Virus record (IMG/VR): IMGVR_UViG_3300043451_000103
Location: 1 to 57,986 of that record
DNA from: a virus
Lineage: Duplodnaviria; Caudoviricetes
Strand: one strand, 5' to 3'
DNA: 57,986 nt
Of the stretch, positions 38,099 through 47,969 are shown piece by piece. Position 1 is the first letter of the stretch; each line of letters opens with the position of its first letter. Under the pieces are notes generated by a model. It ran no database searches. It was not told the origin of the DNA and worked only from the letters and a program-made list of their open reading frames with translations. Made by a program: the position numbers and the translations under genes.

Positions 38099-38752
38099 AT
38101 GGGTGTAATTAAAGGGCTAAAGGATATTAATGCAATCCTTGATAAGCCAAAGTATGAAAGCACAGGAACAAAGGTCCGTTGGGTAAAGCTAGCTGACGGT
38201 CAGGCTGCAAAGATTCGTTTCGTTGAGGAACTAGATCAGGATTCAGCACACTTCGATCAGGCTCGTGGCCTATCTGTAGTTATTGCACAGCACACCAATC
38301 CAAAGGACTACAAGCGTATGGCTGCTTGTACCATGGAAACTGAAGGTCGCTGCTTTGCATGTGAGATGGCACGTAAGGAGCCAAAGGCAGGTTGGCGTTC
38401 AAAGCTTCGCTTCTACTGCAACGTACTAGTTGAAGATGGTCTTGAAGCACCATACATTGCGGTTTGGTCACAGGGTGTTACAAAGCAGTCTGCATTTAAC
38501 ACAATCCGTGAGTATGCTCTTGAGACTGGTTCAATCTCAAACCTTGAGTGGAAGCTTAAGCGTAATGGTCAGGGAACTGAGACTAACTATACTCTCCTTC
38601 CTACCAAGCCAGATTCAGAGCCTTTCGTTTGGGGAGACTTTGAGTTCTTCAACCTTGAAAAGGTAGTTCGTGAAGTTCCATATCCAGAGCAGGAAGCATT
38701 CTACTTTGGATTTGATACTCCATCTGTAACATCAACCAATATTGATTGGTAA
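38099..38752 (+). CDS. ssDNA-binding protein (gp32-like, Zn-binding)
   Basis: H...C-x7-CxxC; KLKRNGQGTETNYTL; lies between primase and polymerase genes. Confidence 0.7.
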   Translation: MGVIKGLKDINAILDKPKYESTGTKVRWVKLADGQAAKIRFVEELDQDSAHFDQARGLSVVIAQHTNPKDYKRMAACTMETEGRCFACEMARKEPKAGWRSKLRFYCNVLVEDGLEAPYIAVWSQGVTKQSAFNTIREYALETGSISNLEWKLKRNGQGTETNYTLLPTKPDSEPFVWGDFEFFNLEKVVREVPYPEQEAFYFGFDTPSVTSTNIDW

Positions 38753-38764
38753 TTAAGTTTGATT

Positions 38765-38792
38765 TGGGGGTGGCTTTTGCTGCCCCCATTTC
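38765..38792 (+). terminator. Stem-loop terminator
   Basis: TGGGGGTGGC-TTTT-GCTGCCCCCA followed by TTTC. Confidence 0.7.
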
Positions 38793-38802
38793 ATCTTACT
38801 TC

Positions 38803-38831
38803 TTGACAAAACATATTTAAAATGCAATAAT
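38803..38831 (+). promoter_or_regulatory. sigmaA-type promoter for dnaE
   Basis: TTGACA-17 nt-AATAAT with TG extension. Confidence 0.55.
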
Positions 38832-38862
38832 TATATACACACAATTAAGATAAAGGAATTAA

Positions 38863-41800
38863 ATGAGTTACGCTGGTCTGCATGTCCACACACACTACTC
38901 GCTATTTGACGGAATTGCAACACCACAGGAATATGTGGACCGTGCCGTAGAGCTGGGAATGCCAGCAATTGCAATCACTGACCACGGAAGTCTATCAGGA
39001 CATCGTGAAATGTATCGTGCTGCTAAAGAGGCAGGAATCAAGCCAATCCTTGGTATCGAAGGGTATATCACAAAGGACCGCTTTGATCACACAGATAAGA
39101 AGGAAAAGAACGACCCCCTTGACCTAAACTATAACCACCTTATCATTATTGCAAAGAATGCCAAGGGGCTACAGAACCTTAACAAGCTTAATGAGATTGC
39201 TTGGACAGAAGGATTTTACAAGAAGCCACGTATTGACTGGGACATTCTTGAAGAGTATAAGGATGGACTTATTATTACATCTGGATGTTTGTCTGGTGTA
39301 TTAGCTAAGGCTATTGAAGCAAATGAATTTGCATATGCAAAAGAACACATTGCAAAGTGCAAGAAGATTTTTGGCGATGACTACTATATTGAGGTTATGC
39401 CACACAACCCACCTGAGATTAACAAGGCACTGCTTGATCTAGCAGATGAATTTGGCGTAAAGCCAGTTGTAACTCCAGACTGCCACCACTCTGATCCCTC
39501 ACAGAAGGAAATCCAGGAACTTAAGTTAATCCTAAACTCATACTCAAATAAGGTTGAGAAGGGTGCAACCTATGAAGGTTCTAAGAAGTATGACAATCTA
39601 ATGGACCGTCTTGACTACCTCTATGGTGCAGACCGCCAGATGTCATTTAATAAGTTTGAGATTCATCTACTTTCTGATGAAGAAATGCACAATGCCATGA
39701 AGGCCCAAGGCATTGATCGTGAGGATATGTATGAGGCTACTCGTGAAATTGTTGATAAGGTAGAAGACTATAAGATTAAGGACCACCAGGACCTTCTTCC
39801 TGTGCAGTATCAAAATCCAAATCAGGAGCTACGTGAGCTTGCTCTTGCTGGTCTAAAAGACCGTGGTATTGAGACAGAAGAGTATTTGGCACGCCTAGAC
39901 GAAGAGCTAGAAGTAATCGAAGCAAAGAACTTTGGTCCATACTTTCTTGTTGTACGCTCTATGATTTCATGGGCAAAGAAGGAAGGAATCATGGTAGGTC
40001 CAGGACGTGGATCTGCTGCAGGTTCGCTACTATGCTATGCACTAGGAATTACTGACATTGATCCTATTGTTCATGGACTGCTATTCTTCCGTTTTATTAA
40101 TCCTGAACGTAATGACTTTCCAGATATTGATACAGATATTCAGGACTCACGTCGTGAAGAGGTTAAGGATTATCTAGTACGTCAGTATAAGCACGTAGCG
40201 TCTATTGCTACATTTCTACAGTTCCGTGGTAAGGGCATGGTTCGTGACATTGCACGTACTCTAAACGTACCACTAGCAGACGTTAACAAGGTTTTAAAGG
40301 TTGTTGATGACTGGGATGATTACTGCTCTTCAAAGCAGTCAGCATGGTTCCGTGAAAAGTATCCTGAGATTGAGACTTATGGAGATCTTCTTCGTGGACG
40401 AATTCGTGGTACTGGTATTCACGCTGCAGGTGTTGTAACCTCTAAGCAGCCTATCTTTAAGTTTGCTCCACTAGAAACTCGTACGTCTCCAGGAAACAAG
40501 GAGCGTATCCCAGTTGTGGCAGTAGACATGGAAGAGGCAGAGCGTATTGGACTAATTAAGATTGACGCACTTGGTCTAAAGACTTTGTCTGTACTAAAGG
40601 ATACACTCAACATTATCGAAGAGCGTCACGATAAAAAGATTGACCTGCTATCTGTTGACATGGAAGATGCCAATGTATATCGCATGCTTTCTGATGGCTA
40701 TACCAAGGGTGTGTTCCAATGTGAAGCTACTCCGTATACAAATCTACTAGTTAAGATGGGTGTGAAGAACCTAGCAGAGCTTGCTGCTTCTAACGCTCTA
40801 GTTCGCCCAGGTGCTGCTAATACAATTGGTAAAGACTATATTGCTCGTAAGCAGGGTCGTCAAAATATTGACTACAAGCACCAAGTTATGAAGTCCTTTA
40901 CTGCAGAAACTTATGGATGTATTCTATATCAGGAACAGGTTATGCAGGCTTGTACAGAACTTGGCGGTATGACAATGGCTGAGGCTGACAAGGTTCGTAA
41001 GATTATTGGTAAGAAGAAGGATGCTAAGGAATTTGATCAGTTCAAGGATAAGTTCGTTAAGGGTGCATCACGATTCCTATCGCCAAACGTTGCTGAAGAC
41101 CTATGGACAGACTTTGAAGCACATGCTGGATATTCGTTTAACAAATCTCACGCTGTGGCTTACTCAACACTCTCATACTGGACAGCATGGTTGAAGTACC
41201 ACTATCCTCTAGAGTTTATGTATTCAATTCTTAAGAATGAGAAAGACAAGGATGCACGTACAGAGTACCTAATTGAAACCAAGCGTATGGGTATCTCAAT
41301 CAAGTTGCCACACGTAAATGACTCAGATGCTGACTTTAAGATTGAGGGCAAGGGTATTCGATTTGGACTGACTGGTATCAAGTATATTTCTGACAATATT
41401 GCATCCAAGTATATGGCTGCTCGTCCATTTAATAGCTACAAGGAACTTGAAGAGTTTACATTTGGCAAGGGCAATGGGGTTAACAGTCGTGCACTACAAG
41501 CAATGAGAGTTGTTGGAGCTGCTACTTTCCAAGATCAGCCAAGAAATGACCAGGAGATTCGTGAGAACCTTTATGAATATCTAAACCTTCCAGAATTTAA
41601 TATTACAGTACCTCAGCACTACCATGCATTTATTAGTGATGTTGAGGAGTTTGAAGAAAAGGGTTCCTTCATTCTGATGGGTATGGTCAAGGAGATTAAG
41701 CGTGGCAAGGGATGGTCTCGTGTAGAGATTTTGGATAAGACTGGTAGTGTTGGCATCTTTGATGAAGAGCAGTCAACAATTGAAACTGGTAAGACATACC

Positions 41801-42138
41801 TACTACTTGCTAGCGATAATCGAATAACTGAGGCTATTCAAATTGATGATATTGGCAAGGTAGAGTCAGCACTAGTTAAGTATTTGAATTATAAGCAATT
41901 GCCTTATAAGGATGAAGAAATGTTTGTAGTATCATTTAAGCCACGCATTACAAAGGCTGGCAAGAAAATGGCTACATTGACAGTAGCAGATGCTTCTAGA
42001 GAGTTGCACCCAATTACGGTGTTCCCTACAGCATTTGCAAAAGCATATATGAAGATTCAAGAAGGATCTGCATATAAATTTGATTTGGGTAAGACCAAGG
42101 ATGGAACAGTAATTATGGAGGATGTACATGCAATTTGA
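38863..42138 (+). CDS. dnaE: DNA polymerase III alpha subunit
   Basis: PHP domain HVHTHYSLFDG and AITDHG; GPGRGSAAGS; FPDIDTD; GIHAAGVV; YSFNKSHA. Confidence 0.97.
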   Translation: MSYAGLHVHTHYSLFDGIATPQEYVDRAVELGMPAIAITDHGSLSGHREMYRAAKEAGIKPILGIEGYITKDRFDHTDKKEKNDPLDLNYNHLIIIAKNAKGLQNLNKLNEIAWTEGFYKKPRIDWDILEEYKDGLIITSGCLSGVLAKAIEANEFAYAKEHIAKCKKIFGDDYYIEVMPHNPPEINKALLDLADEFGVKPVVTPDCHHSDPSQKEIQELKLILNSYSNKVEKGATYEGSKKYDNLMDRLDYLYGADRQMSFNKFEIHLLSDEEMHNAMKAQGIDREDMYEATREIVDKVEDYKIKDHQDLLPVQYQNPNQELRELALAGLKDRGIETEEYLARLDEELEVIEAKNFGPYFLVVRSMISWAKKEGIMVGPGRGSAAGSLLCYALGITDIDPIVHGLLFFRFINPERNDFPDIDTDIQDSRREEVKDYLVRQYKHVASIATFLQFRGKGMVRDIARTLNVPLADVNKVLKVVDDWDDYCSSKQSAWFREKYPEIETYGDLLRGRIRGTGIHAAGVVTSKQPIFKFAPLETRTSPGNKERIPVVAVDMEEAERIGLIKIDALGLKTLSVLKDTLNIIEERHDKKIDLLSVDMEDANVYRMLSDGYTKGVFQCEATPYTNLLVKMGVKNLAELAASNALVRPGAANTIGKDYIARKQGRQNIDYKHQVMKSFTAETYGCILYQEQVMQACTELGGMTMAEADKVRKIIGKKKDAKEFDQFKDKFVKGASRFLSPNVAEDLWTDFEAHAGYSFNKSHAVAYSTLSYWTAWLKYHYPLEFMYSILKNEKDKDARTEYLIETKRMGISIKLPHVNDSDADFKIEGKGIRFGLTGIKYISDNIASKYMAARPFNSYKELEEFTFGKGNGVNSRALQAMRVVGAATFQDQPRNDQEIRENLYEYLNLPEFNITVPQHYHAFISDVEEFEEKGSFILMGMVKEIKRGKGWSRVEILDKTGSVGIFDEEQSTIETGKTYLLLASDNRITEAIQIDDIGKVESALVKYLNYKQLPYKDEEMFVVSFKPRITKAGKKMATLTVADASRELHPITVFPTAFAKAYMKIQEGSAYKFDLGKTKDGTVIMEDVHAI

Positions 42139-42448
42139 TGATTGGGCAGAAGAGCTACACAAGACTGCAGTAGCAAAAGGCTTTTGGCCTGAAGATGTAG
42201 ATGATATCTTTATTACAAAGCAGCTAATGATGATTGTATCAGAAGCTGTAGAGGTAATGGAAGCTATCCGCAAGGATAAGGGTCAAGAAGAGGTAGCAGA
42301 TGAAATGGCTGATATTCTAATTCGTACCTTTGACCTATATGCAGGGTTAGTAGAGAATGGATATACAACCACATCTCTTGACTATGCTATGGAAAAGAAA
42401 ACCAAGTTTAACCAGAGCAGACCAGAGAAGCATGGGGTACGATTCTAA
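42128..42448 (+). CDS. MazG-like NTP pyrophosphohydrolase
   Basis: SEAVEVMEA.RK...EEVADEMADILIR; SD GGAGG favours ATG 42128 (track start 42122). Confidence 0.85.
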   Translation: MQFDDWAEELHKTAVAKGFWPEDVDDIFITKQLMMIVSEAVEVMEAIRKDKGQEEVADEMADILIRTFDLYAGLVENGYTTTSLDYAMEKKTKFNQSRPEKHGVRF

Positions 42449-43461
42449 TGACAATGACAGTAGAAGATGTTTTAGCACAACTTAATCCAAAGTTGCGTAA
42501 GGGAATTATGATTGGAGATGCTGTTCCTCCTACGGAGTTTGCAGCTACACCAAGTTTTGGACTTAACCGTGCACTAAATGGTGGCCTACCATATGGTCGT
42601 CAGGTACTTATCTGGGGGTCAAAGTCATCAGCTAAGTCTTCTGTATGCTTGCAAACAATTGCTTTAGCACAAAAAGAAGGAAAGATCTGTGCATGGATTG
42701 ATGCTGAAATGTCGTATGACCAAAGTTGGGCAGAGCGTCTAGGCGTTGATACTTCTAAGCTGATTGTGTCACAAGCAAGAACTATTAATGAAATGGTAGA
42801 TGTTGGTGTTCAACTAATGGAGGCAGGGGTTGACCTTATTGTGGTTGACTCTATCACATCTTTGCTACCTGCAATTTATTTTGAAAAAGATTCTGATGAA
42901 CTTAAGCAGCTTGAGAATACTAAGCAAATTGGTGCAGAGGCAAGAGACTTTAGCAATGCAGTTAAGATGCTTAATTATGCTAACAATAAGGTAAAGCCAA
43001 CATTGCTTATTCTTATTAGCCAGTCTCGCAATAATATTAGTGCTATGTATACTAGCCAGCAACCAACTGGCGGACAGTCTATTAAGTTCTATTCATCTAC
43101 AGTAATTAAACTATTTTCATCTGAATCAGATAATCAAGCACTGAAAGGCAAGATACATGTTGGAGACAAGCTCATTGAAGAAAAGATTGGTAGAAAAGTT
43201 CGTTGGGACCTACAATTCTCTAAAACTTCTCCTGCTTTCCAAGGTGGCGAATATGATTTCTACTTTAGAGGCGATAATGTTGGTGTTGACAGTATTGGCG
43301 ATCTTGTTGACACAGCAGAACAGCTAGGTATTGTGTCTAGAACTGGAGCTTGGTACCAACTTGAAGATGGTTCTAAGATTCAGGGTAGGGACGCATTTGT
43401 CGCAAGAGTAAAAGAAGACCTAGATCTACAGGATTCGATTAAGGCAAAGCTAAATGGCTAG
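42448..43461 (+). CDS. recA: RecA-like recombinase
   Basis: GGLPYGR, variant Walker A GSKSSAKS, WIDAE, IVVDS, TGGQSIKFYSS, GAWY. Confidence 0.93.
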   Translation: MTMTVEDVLAQLNPKLRKGIMIGDAVPPTEFAATPSFGLNRALNGGLPYGRQVLIWGSKSSAKSSVCLQTIALAQKEGKICAWIDAEMSYDQSWAERLGVDTSKLIVSQARTINEMVDVGVQLMEAGVDLIVVDSITSLLPAIYFEKDSDELKQLENTKQIGAEARDFSNAVKMLNYANNKVKPTLLILISQSRNNISAMYTSQQPTGGQSIKFYSSTVIKLFSSESDNQALKGKIHVGDKLIEEKIGRKVRWDLQFSKTSPAFQGGEYDFYFRGDNVGVDSIGDLVDTAEQLGIVSRTGAWYQLEDGSKIQGRDAFVARVKEDLDLQDSIKAKLNG

Positions 43462-43636
43462 ATATACGGTATATCCTGGTAAGTTTCCGTGTCATACTTG
43501 CAAGGCTGAGGTCAATTCTCTAAGATCATATCCAGAGATAAAAGAGTTAACTTGGATGTGTAAGGATGGTCATATCAGCAAGGTATCTATGGCAACAAAG
43601 AAGAAGAAGGATTATGAGCGAGAGAAGCGAGAGTAA
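43454..43636 (+). CDS. Small Zn-ribbon protein
   Basis: CHTC...C.DGH. Confidence 0.65.
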   Translation: MARYTVYPGKFPCHTCKAEVNSLRSYPEIKELTWMCKDGHISKVSMATKKKKDYEREKRE

Positions 43637-43898
43637 AAGAATAGGTGCTAAGCAGCACAAGAACTCTGGTAGAAATACAAAAAAGGGTGATGCTACTTGG
43701 CACAACTTTACTATTGATTTTAAGGAATATCCTAAAGGCTTTACGGTCAACAAGGATAACTGGGCAAAAGTAGTTACTGATGCTATTAAAAATGGTAACG
43801 ATCCAGCTATCTTTGTTGTCCTTGGCGAGGGAAATCAAAAGGTAAGGCTGGCCATCATTGAAGTCGAAATGCTTGAACAGCTAATTGATAATGTATAA
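43614..43898 (+). CDS. PD-(D/E)xK nuclease / Holliday junction resolvase-like
   Basis: NSG...KGD...IDFK pattern; ATG 43614 with AAGGA SD (track start 43566). Confidence 0.55.
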   Translation: MSERSESKRIGAKQHKNSGRNTKKGDATWHNFTIDFKEYPKGFTVNKDNWAKVVTDAIKNGNDPAIFVVLGEGNQKVRLAIIEVEMLEQLIDNV

Positions 43899-43905
43899 TA
43901 GTAAT

Positions 43906-44442
43906 ATGGCAAAACAAATTAAAAAGCTATTTAGCACAGAAGAGGTAGAATATCTCAAAAAGCTTATACACGATGAAAAAGCAAAACGTAAAGTATTTGT
44001 TTGGGATGAGTTTAGCGGAGATGAGTTCCCACAAGAAATCATGGACAGCTCTGACCATATGGTTCAAAATGTTAGTCTTGGTAAAATAATGTTTAACCTT
44101 ACCATACCAGACTCACTTAAGGATAGGTTGGTTGAGGTAGCAAAATCTATTGGGTATGATGTTGAATATTTTTGTGCAACATATACAGAATATTCAAAGG
44201 ATTATGGTAAGCCAATTCTTACACCACATAAGGATAGGCAGAATTTTTGTCTTATTGACTATCAGCTAGAGGCCAATGCGTCATGGCCACTATTTGTTGA
44301 AGAACAAACTTTTGATTTGGCAAATAATGATGGATTGATTTTTTTGCCAGCACAGATGGTTCATGGAAGAACAGAAAAGGCATTCCTAGACAAAGAATAT
44401 GTCAGAATGATTTTCTTTGATATGAAGTTGGTAAATGAATGA
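43906..44442 (+). CDS. Putative 2OG-Fe(II)-type oxygenase (HxD...HGR), paralog A
   Basis: LTPHKD, WPLFV, VHGR; ATG 6 nt after TATAAT (track start 43885). Confidence 0.7.
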   Translation: MAKQIKKLFSTEEVEYLKKLIHDEKAKRKVFVWDEFSGDEFPQEIMDSSDHMVQNVSLGKIMFNLTIPDSLKDRLVEVAKSIGYDVEYFCATYTEYSKDYGKPILTPHKDRQNFCLIDYQLEANASWPLFVEEQTFDLANNDGLIFLPAQMVHGRTEKAFLDKEYVRMIFFDMKLVNE

Positions 44443-45014
44443 TTTCATTAGATAATTTTATTATAGATAATATATTTACTGATGAAGAGATATCAGTAAT
44501 TTATGATCATGTAAATAATACTCCAGAAGACAAAAGATATCTACAAGATTGTTTTGGTCATATTGCTTACTTTTCCTGGTTACCAGAAAGTGTTATTAAA
44601 AAGATTGAAAAAGTAGTTTCTGAAAATTTTGATATTCCTCTAGTTCTCAGAGAGCTTTCTTTTGCTAGGTATGATACAGCAGATGGAAAAAAGCCAGCAC
44701 TTTATCCACATTTTGATGAAACTTTTAAGGAACAAAGAGTGACTGTAGATATTCAAGTTAAGTCAACAAGACCATGGGCAATTGTAGTAGAAGATAGTCC
44801 ATATATTCTTAAGGATAACCAAGCTTTGGTGTTTGGTGGCACACACCAAATTCATTGGCGAGAAAAGGTTGAATTTACAGATACTGACTATGTAGATATG
44901 ATATTCTGTCATTTTTCAGAACCAATTGATATAGCAGTTCCACATTCTGCAGAGCATCTAGAAAAAATGTTTGAAAAACAGAAAAAATATAAAGATGCCT
45001 ATTACGCAAACTAA
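44439..45014 (+). CDS. Putative 2OG-Fe(II)-type oxygenase, paralog B
   Basis: LYPHFD, WAIVV, IHWR. Confidence 0.7.
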   Translation: MISLDNFIIDNIFTDEEISVIYDHVNNTPEDKRYLQDCFGHIAYFSWLPESVIKKIEKVVSENFDIPLVLRELSFARYDTADGKKPALYPHFDETFKEQRVTVDIQVKSTRPWAIVVEDSPYILKDNQALVFGGTHQIHWREKVEFTDTDYVDMIFCHFSEPIDIAVPHSAEHLEKMFEKQKKYKDAYYAN

Positions 45015-45052
45015 ACTTTTATGGTAAAATTGTATAAACTGAGAGGTACAAA

Positions 45053-45847
45053 ATGAATAATAACGTAGCACCAATGCATAAATGGTTAACAGATTTTGAT
45101 AGATATAACAAGCCTTTGCCAATCTATATTGAAAATCCATTCAATGAGCAACAGATTGATCTATTGCGTGGGGTAATTGAAAATAACCGTGTTCTGATGA
45201 ATAACGCTCAATATGATCGTCTTCAAGGAAATCAAGAACAGTATTATGGAGAAACAAGATTCCATCCAAAGAAAATTGTTCACATGTCTAGACTACTAAT
45301 TGAGTTTGTCTGTCCACCTGAAATTGAAGCGGTAATGGATTCATATGCCAAGCCAATTCACAAGGATCCTGTTAGACTAACTCATTATAACTATATTGAT
45401 TATAATATGGCATATGGAGACGGGAAGTATGCTCCTGCACTTCCTCCACACCTAGATGCAGATGAAAACCTAGTAACCTTTAACTATTGCCTAGACCAGA
45501 ATATCGAAGACTGGACTCTTTGGGTTGATGACAAGGAATATAACCTAAAGAAGGGTGATGCCATTATCTTTAGTGCTGTTAATCAGGTTCACTGGAGACC
45601 AAAGCGTAAGTGGAAAGAAGGAGAGTTCTGTGAAATTGTCAGCTTTGACTATTGCCCAGTAACTAATTACAGATGGACTGGCCAAGGCAATCCTATCGAT
45701 CCAATTAGCAGATTTGCTGAAAGACAAAAGTATCAAGATGAAGTTGCTGCTCATCCAAAAATGATTGCTGCATGGGATATCTATAATGCAATGGGAAATG
45801 AAGCTGGTATTCCAGGTCACGAGATTGCAGGCTTTGTGAATGAATAA
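45053..45847 (+). CDS. Putative 2OG-Fe(II)-type oxygenase, paralog C
   Basis: LPPHLD, WTLWV, GDAIIF, VHWR. Confidence 0.7.
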   Translation: MNNNVAPMHKWLTDFDRYNKPLPIYIENPFNEQQIDLLRGVIENNRVLMNNAQYDRLQGNQEQYYGETRFHPKKIVHMSRLLIEFVCPPEIEAVMDSYAKPIHKDPVRLTHYNYIDYNMAYGDGKYAPALPPHLDADENLVTFNYCLDQNIEDWTLWVDDKEYNLKKGDAIIFSAVNQVHWRPKRKWKEGEFCEIVSFDYCPVTNYRWTGQGNPIDPISRFAERQKYQDEVAAHPKMIAAWDIYNAMGNEAGIPGHEIAGFVNE

Positions 45848-46148
45848 TGAATCTCAGACAACTCTAGATATGATTAATGGTCTTGCAGAAATCGCAGATT
45901 ATATGCAGGACGAGGAACTAACAACGGCACTTACCTTTATTGCTAAGCTTATTGTTAAGCCAGATATTCCTCTTCAAGTAGCAACAATTGAAATAGTACG
46001 CCTACAGGCAATTGCTGCAAAGATGTCTTTTAAAGCAACCTGGATGGCAAATGTAGATAAGGGAGATAGAGCGAAGAAGAACTTGTACTTCACAGCTGCA
46101 GAATCAATCAATAATTTGGTTGCTGCTCTAAAGTACATTACTCGCTAA
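45840..46148 (+). CDS. Hypothetical helical protein
   Basis: ORF fills the gap between neighbours; normal codon usage. Confidence 0.65.
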   Translation: MNNESQTTLDMINGLAEIADYMQDEELTTALTFIAKLIVKPDIPLQVATIEIVRLQAIAAKMSFKATWMANVDKGDRAKKNLYFTAAESINNLVAALKYITR

Positions 46149-46156
46149 GTGGTATT

Positions 46157-46990
46157 ATGGCTAAGAATTTATTAAGTCAGGTAATGTTGAAAAAGGCTAC
46201 AGATAAGGCCAGCATGTTCCTGAACCCAGACGATTTAATTGAAAAGCTTCGTTCTGGATATACAGTTAATCGTGTTGCAAAGTTTACTAAGAAGAAAACT
46301 TTTGCACCAAGCACTATTGCATTCTCGCATGGAGAGTGTCCACGATACTGGTACCTAGCTTTTGACGGTGCAGTATTTGAAGATAATGCTGATGCATATG
46401 GTGTTGCAAATATGACTAGTGGTACTTTGTCGCATGAAAGAATCCAGAATGCTATGTTGGCCTCTGGGCTAGCAAAGAAGTTTATTGACGACAAGGGTCA
46501 GGAAACTACTGAGTTTAAAATTACCAGTCAAGATCCACCTATTTTTGGATATGGTGATGCTATGCTGGAATGGCTTGGTGAAGATATTGTTGGAGAAATT
46601 AAGACAATGCCAAGCGAAGGATTTGAGTATAGGAAGTTACATGGTAAGCCTAAGACTGGTCACCTAGTTCAGCTTCTAATCTATATGAAGATTCTTAATA
46701 AGACAAAGGGTGTTCTTATCTATGAGAATAAGAATAACCATGACCTTCTAGTGTTGCCAGTTGAGGTAACACCAGGAAGTTACTATGTATCGTGGGTAAA
46801 CCAAGCTTTTGATTGGATGAGAACTGTTCGTAAGGCATGGACAGATAGAACGTTGCCTGAAAAGAACTACCGTTCCAATTCAAAAATTTGCAAGACATGT
46901 CCTATTCAGGCAGCATGTGCAGAGGCTGGCAAGGGAGAGATTAAGATTAAATCTCTGGAGCCAATAGATGAAACATTGCCAATGGTGTGA
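46157..46990 (+). CDS. Cas4-like PD-(D/E)xK exonuclease
   Basis: CPRYWY, GYGD, EIKT, QLLIY, C-terminal CKTCPIQAAC (Fe-S staple). Confidence 0.85.
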   Translation: MAKNLLSQVMLKKATDKASMFLNPDDLIEKLRSGYTVNRVAKFTKKKTFAPSTIAFSHGECPRYWYLAFDGAVFEDNADAYGVANMTSGTLSHERIQNAMLASGLAKKFIDDKGQETTEFKITSQDPPIFGYGDAMLEWLGEDIVGEIKTMPSEGFEYRKLHGKPKTGHLVQLLIYMKILNKTKGVLIYENKNNHDLLVLPVEVTPGSYYVSWVNQAFDWMRTVRKAWTDRTLPEKNYRSNSKICKTCPIQAACAEAGKGEIKIKSLEPIDETLPMV

Positions 46991-47291
46991 TACACAGTTC
47001 GTACCAAACACTTCATATCAGATATACTGTTCATCCCTATGTCGTGAAGAGGCCACTAAGGAAAAAATAGCATTACGCTATGAAAAAACTAGACGTGAGC
47101 GTCGAAAGAATAAGGATAGACGTTGTAAAATATGTGACGCATCATTGTCTATTTATAATGATGAAAAAACCTGTGAGCAATGTCTGGTTGATCCAAAAGA
47201 AGTTAGCAGAATACTTAGACAAATAAAAGGAATAGCAAGTGGCAAAATTGAATTCAATAATTGGGAAACCAACAAAGATTCTAGCGATTGA
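46968..47291 (+). CDS. Cys-rich Zn-finger protein
   Basis: CQWC...YCSSLC...CKIC...CEQC. Confidence 0.7.
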   Translation: MKHCQWCDTQFVPNTSYQIYCSSLCREEATKEKIALRYEKTRRERRKNKDRRCKICDASLSIYNDEKTCEQCLVDPKEVSRILRQIKGIASGKIEFNNWETNKDSSD

Positions 47292-47817
47292 TGCTAGTAC
47301 AACTAGCCTAGCATTCTCTGTGTTTGACTCAAAAGATTTAGCTTCTTTTGGGAAAATAAAATATAGCGGAATCACTACATATGACAAGGTCATTGATGCC
47401 TGTAGAAAAACAAAGGCATTCTTTGACGCATATGGCCCCTTTGATGCTATAGTAATTGAACATACAGTATTTATGAACAGTCCTAAAACTGCTGCAGACC
47501 TAGCCTTGGTACAGGGGGCATTGCTAGGTGCTGCAGGTCTGACTGGGGTATCAGTAATTAAGTCAGTAGCTCCAATTACATGGCAAAACTATATTGGCAA
47601 TAAGAAATTAACCAAGGAAGAAAAACTTGAAATACGTAAGAATAATCCTGGAAAGTCTGAGTCATGGCTCAAAACCTACGAAAGAAATCTCAGAAAACAA
47701 AAGACTATTAGCTATATTAATATCCAATATGATAGGATGGTTACTGATCCTGACGTTGCTGATGCTATTGGTATTGGGCACTATTCGATAAATAACTGGG
47801 ATAGGTTGACAGACTAA
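47239..47817 (+). CDS. ruvC: RuvC-like Holliday junction resolvase
   Basis: ILAIDAS, IVIE, DVADAIGI. Confidence 0.8.
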   Translation: MAKLNSIIGKPTKILAIDASTTSLAFSVFDSKDLASFGKIKYSGITTYDKVIDACRKTKAFFDAYGPFDAIVIEHTVFMNSPKTAADLALVQGALLGAAGLTGVSVIKSVAPITWQNYIGNKKLTKEEKLEIRKNNPGKSESWLKTYERNLRKQKTISYINIQYDRMVTDPDVADAIGIGHYSINNWDRLTD

Positions 47818-47834
47818 TGGCAAAGTTGTATACT
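47806..47834 (+). promoter_or_regulatory. Consensus sigmaA-type promoter
   Basis: TTGACA-17 nt-TATACT spanning the ruvC end and the start of the small HTH gene. Confidence 0.7.
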
Positions 47835-47969
47835 AATGAGACATGGCTGCGAAAGCGATTCATTATTGATAAAAAGTCTCCAGAGGACATAGCAAAAGAA
47901 TGCGGAGTTAGCCTAGAAACAGTATATGTTTATTTGGCTAAATTTGGACTAAGAAAGAGCAGACGATGA
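47817..47969 (+). CDS. 50-aa HTH DNA-binding protein
   Basis: Not in the ORF track. MAKLYTNETWLRKRFIIDKKSPEDIAKECGVSLETVYVYLAKFGLRKSRR; TAATG and ATGA overlaps. Confidence 0.8.
   Translation: MAKLYTNETWLRKRFIIDKKSPEDIAKECGVSLETVYVYLAKFGLRKSRR

Noticed and set aside
46157-46990. CRISPR-Cas system suggested by the Cas4-like gene
   Set aside because: No array or other cas genes; solo Cas4-like nucleases are common in phages.
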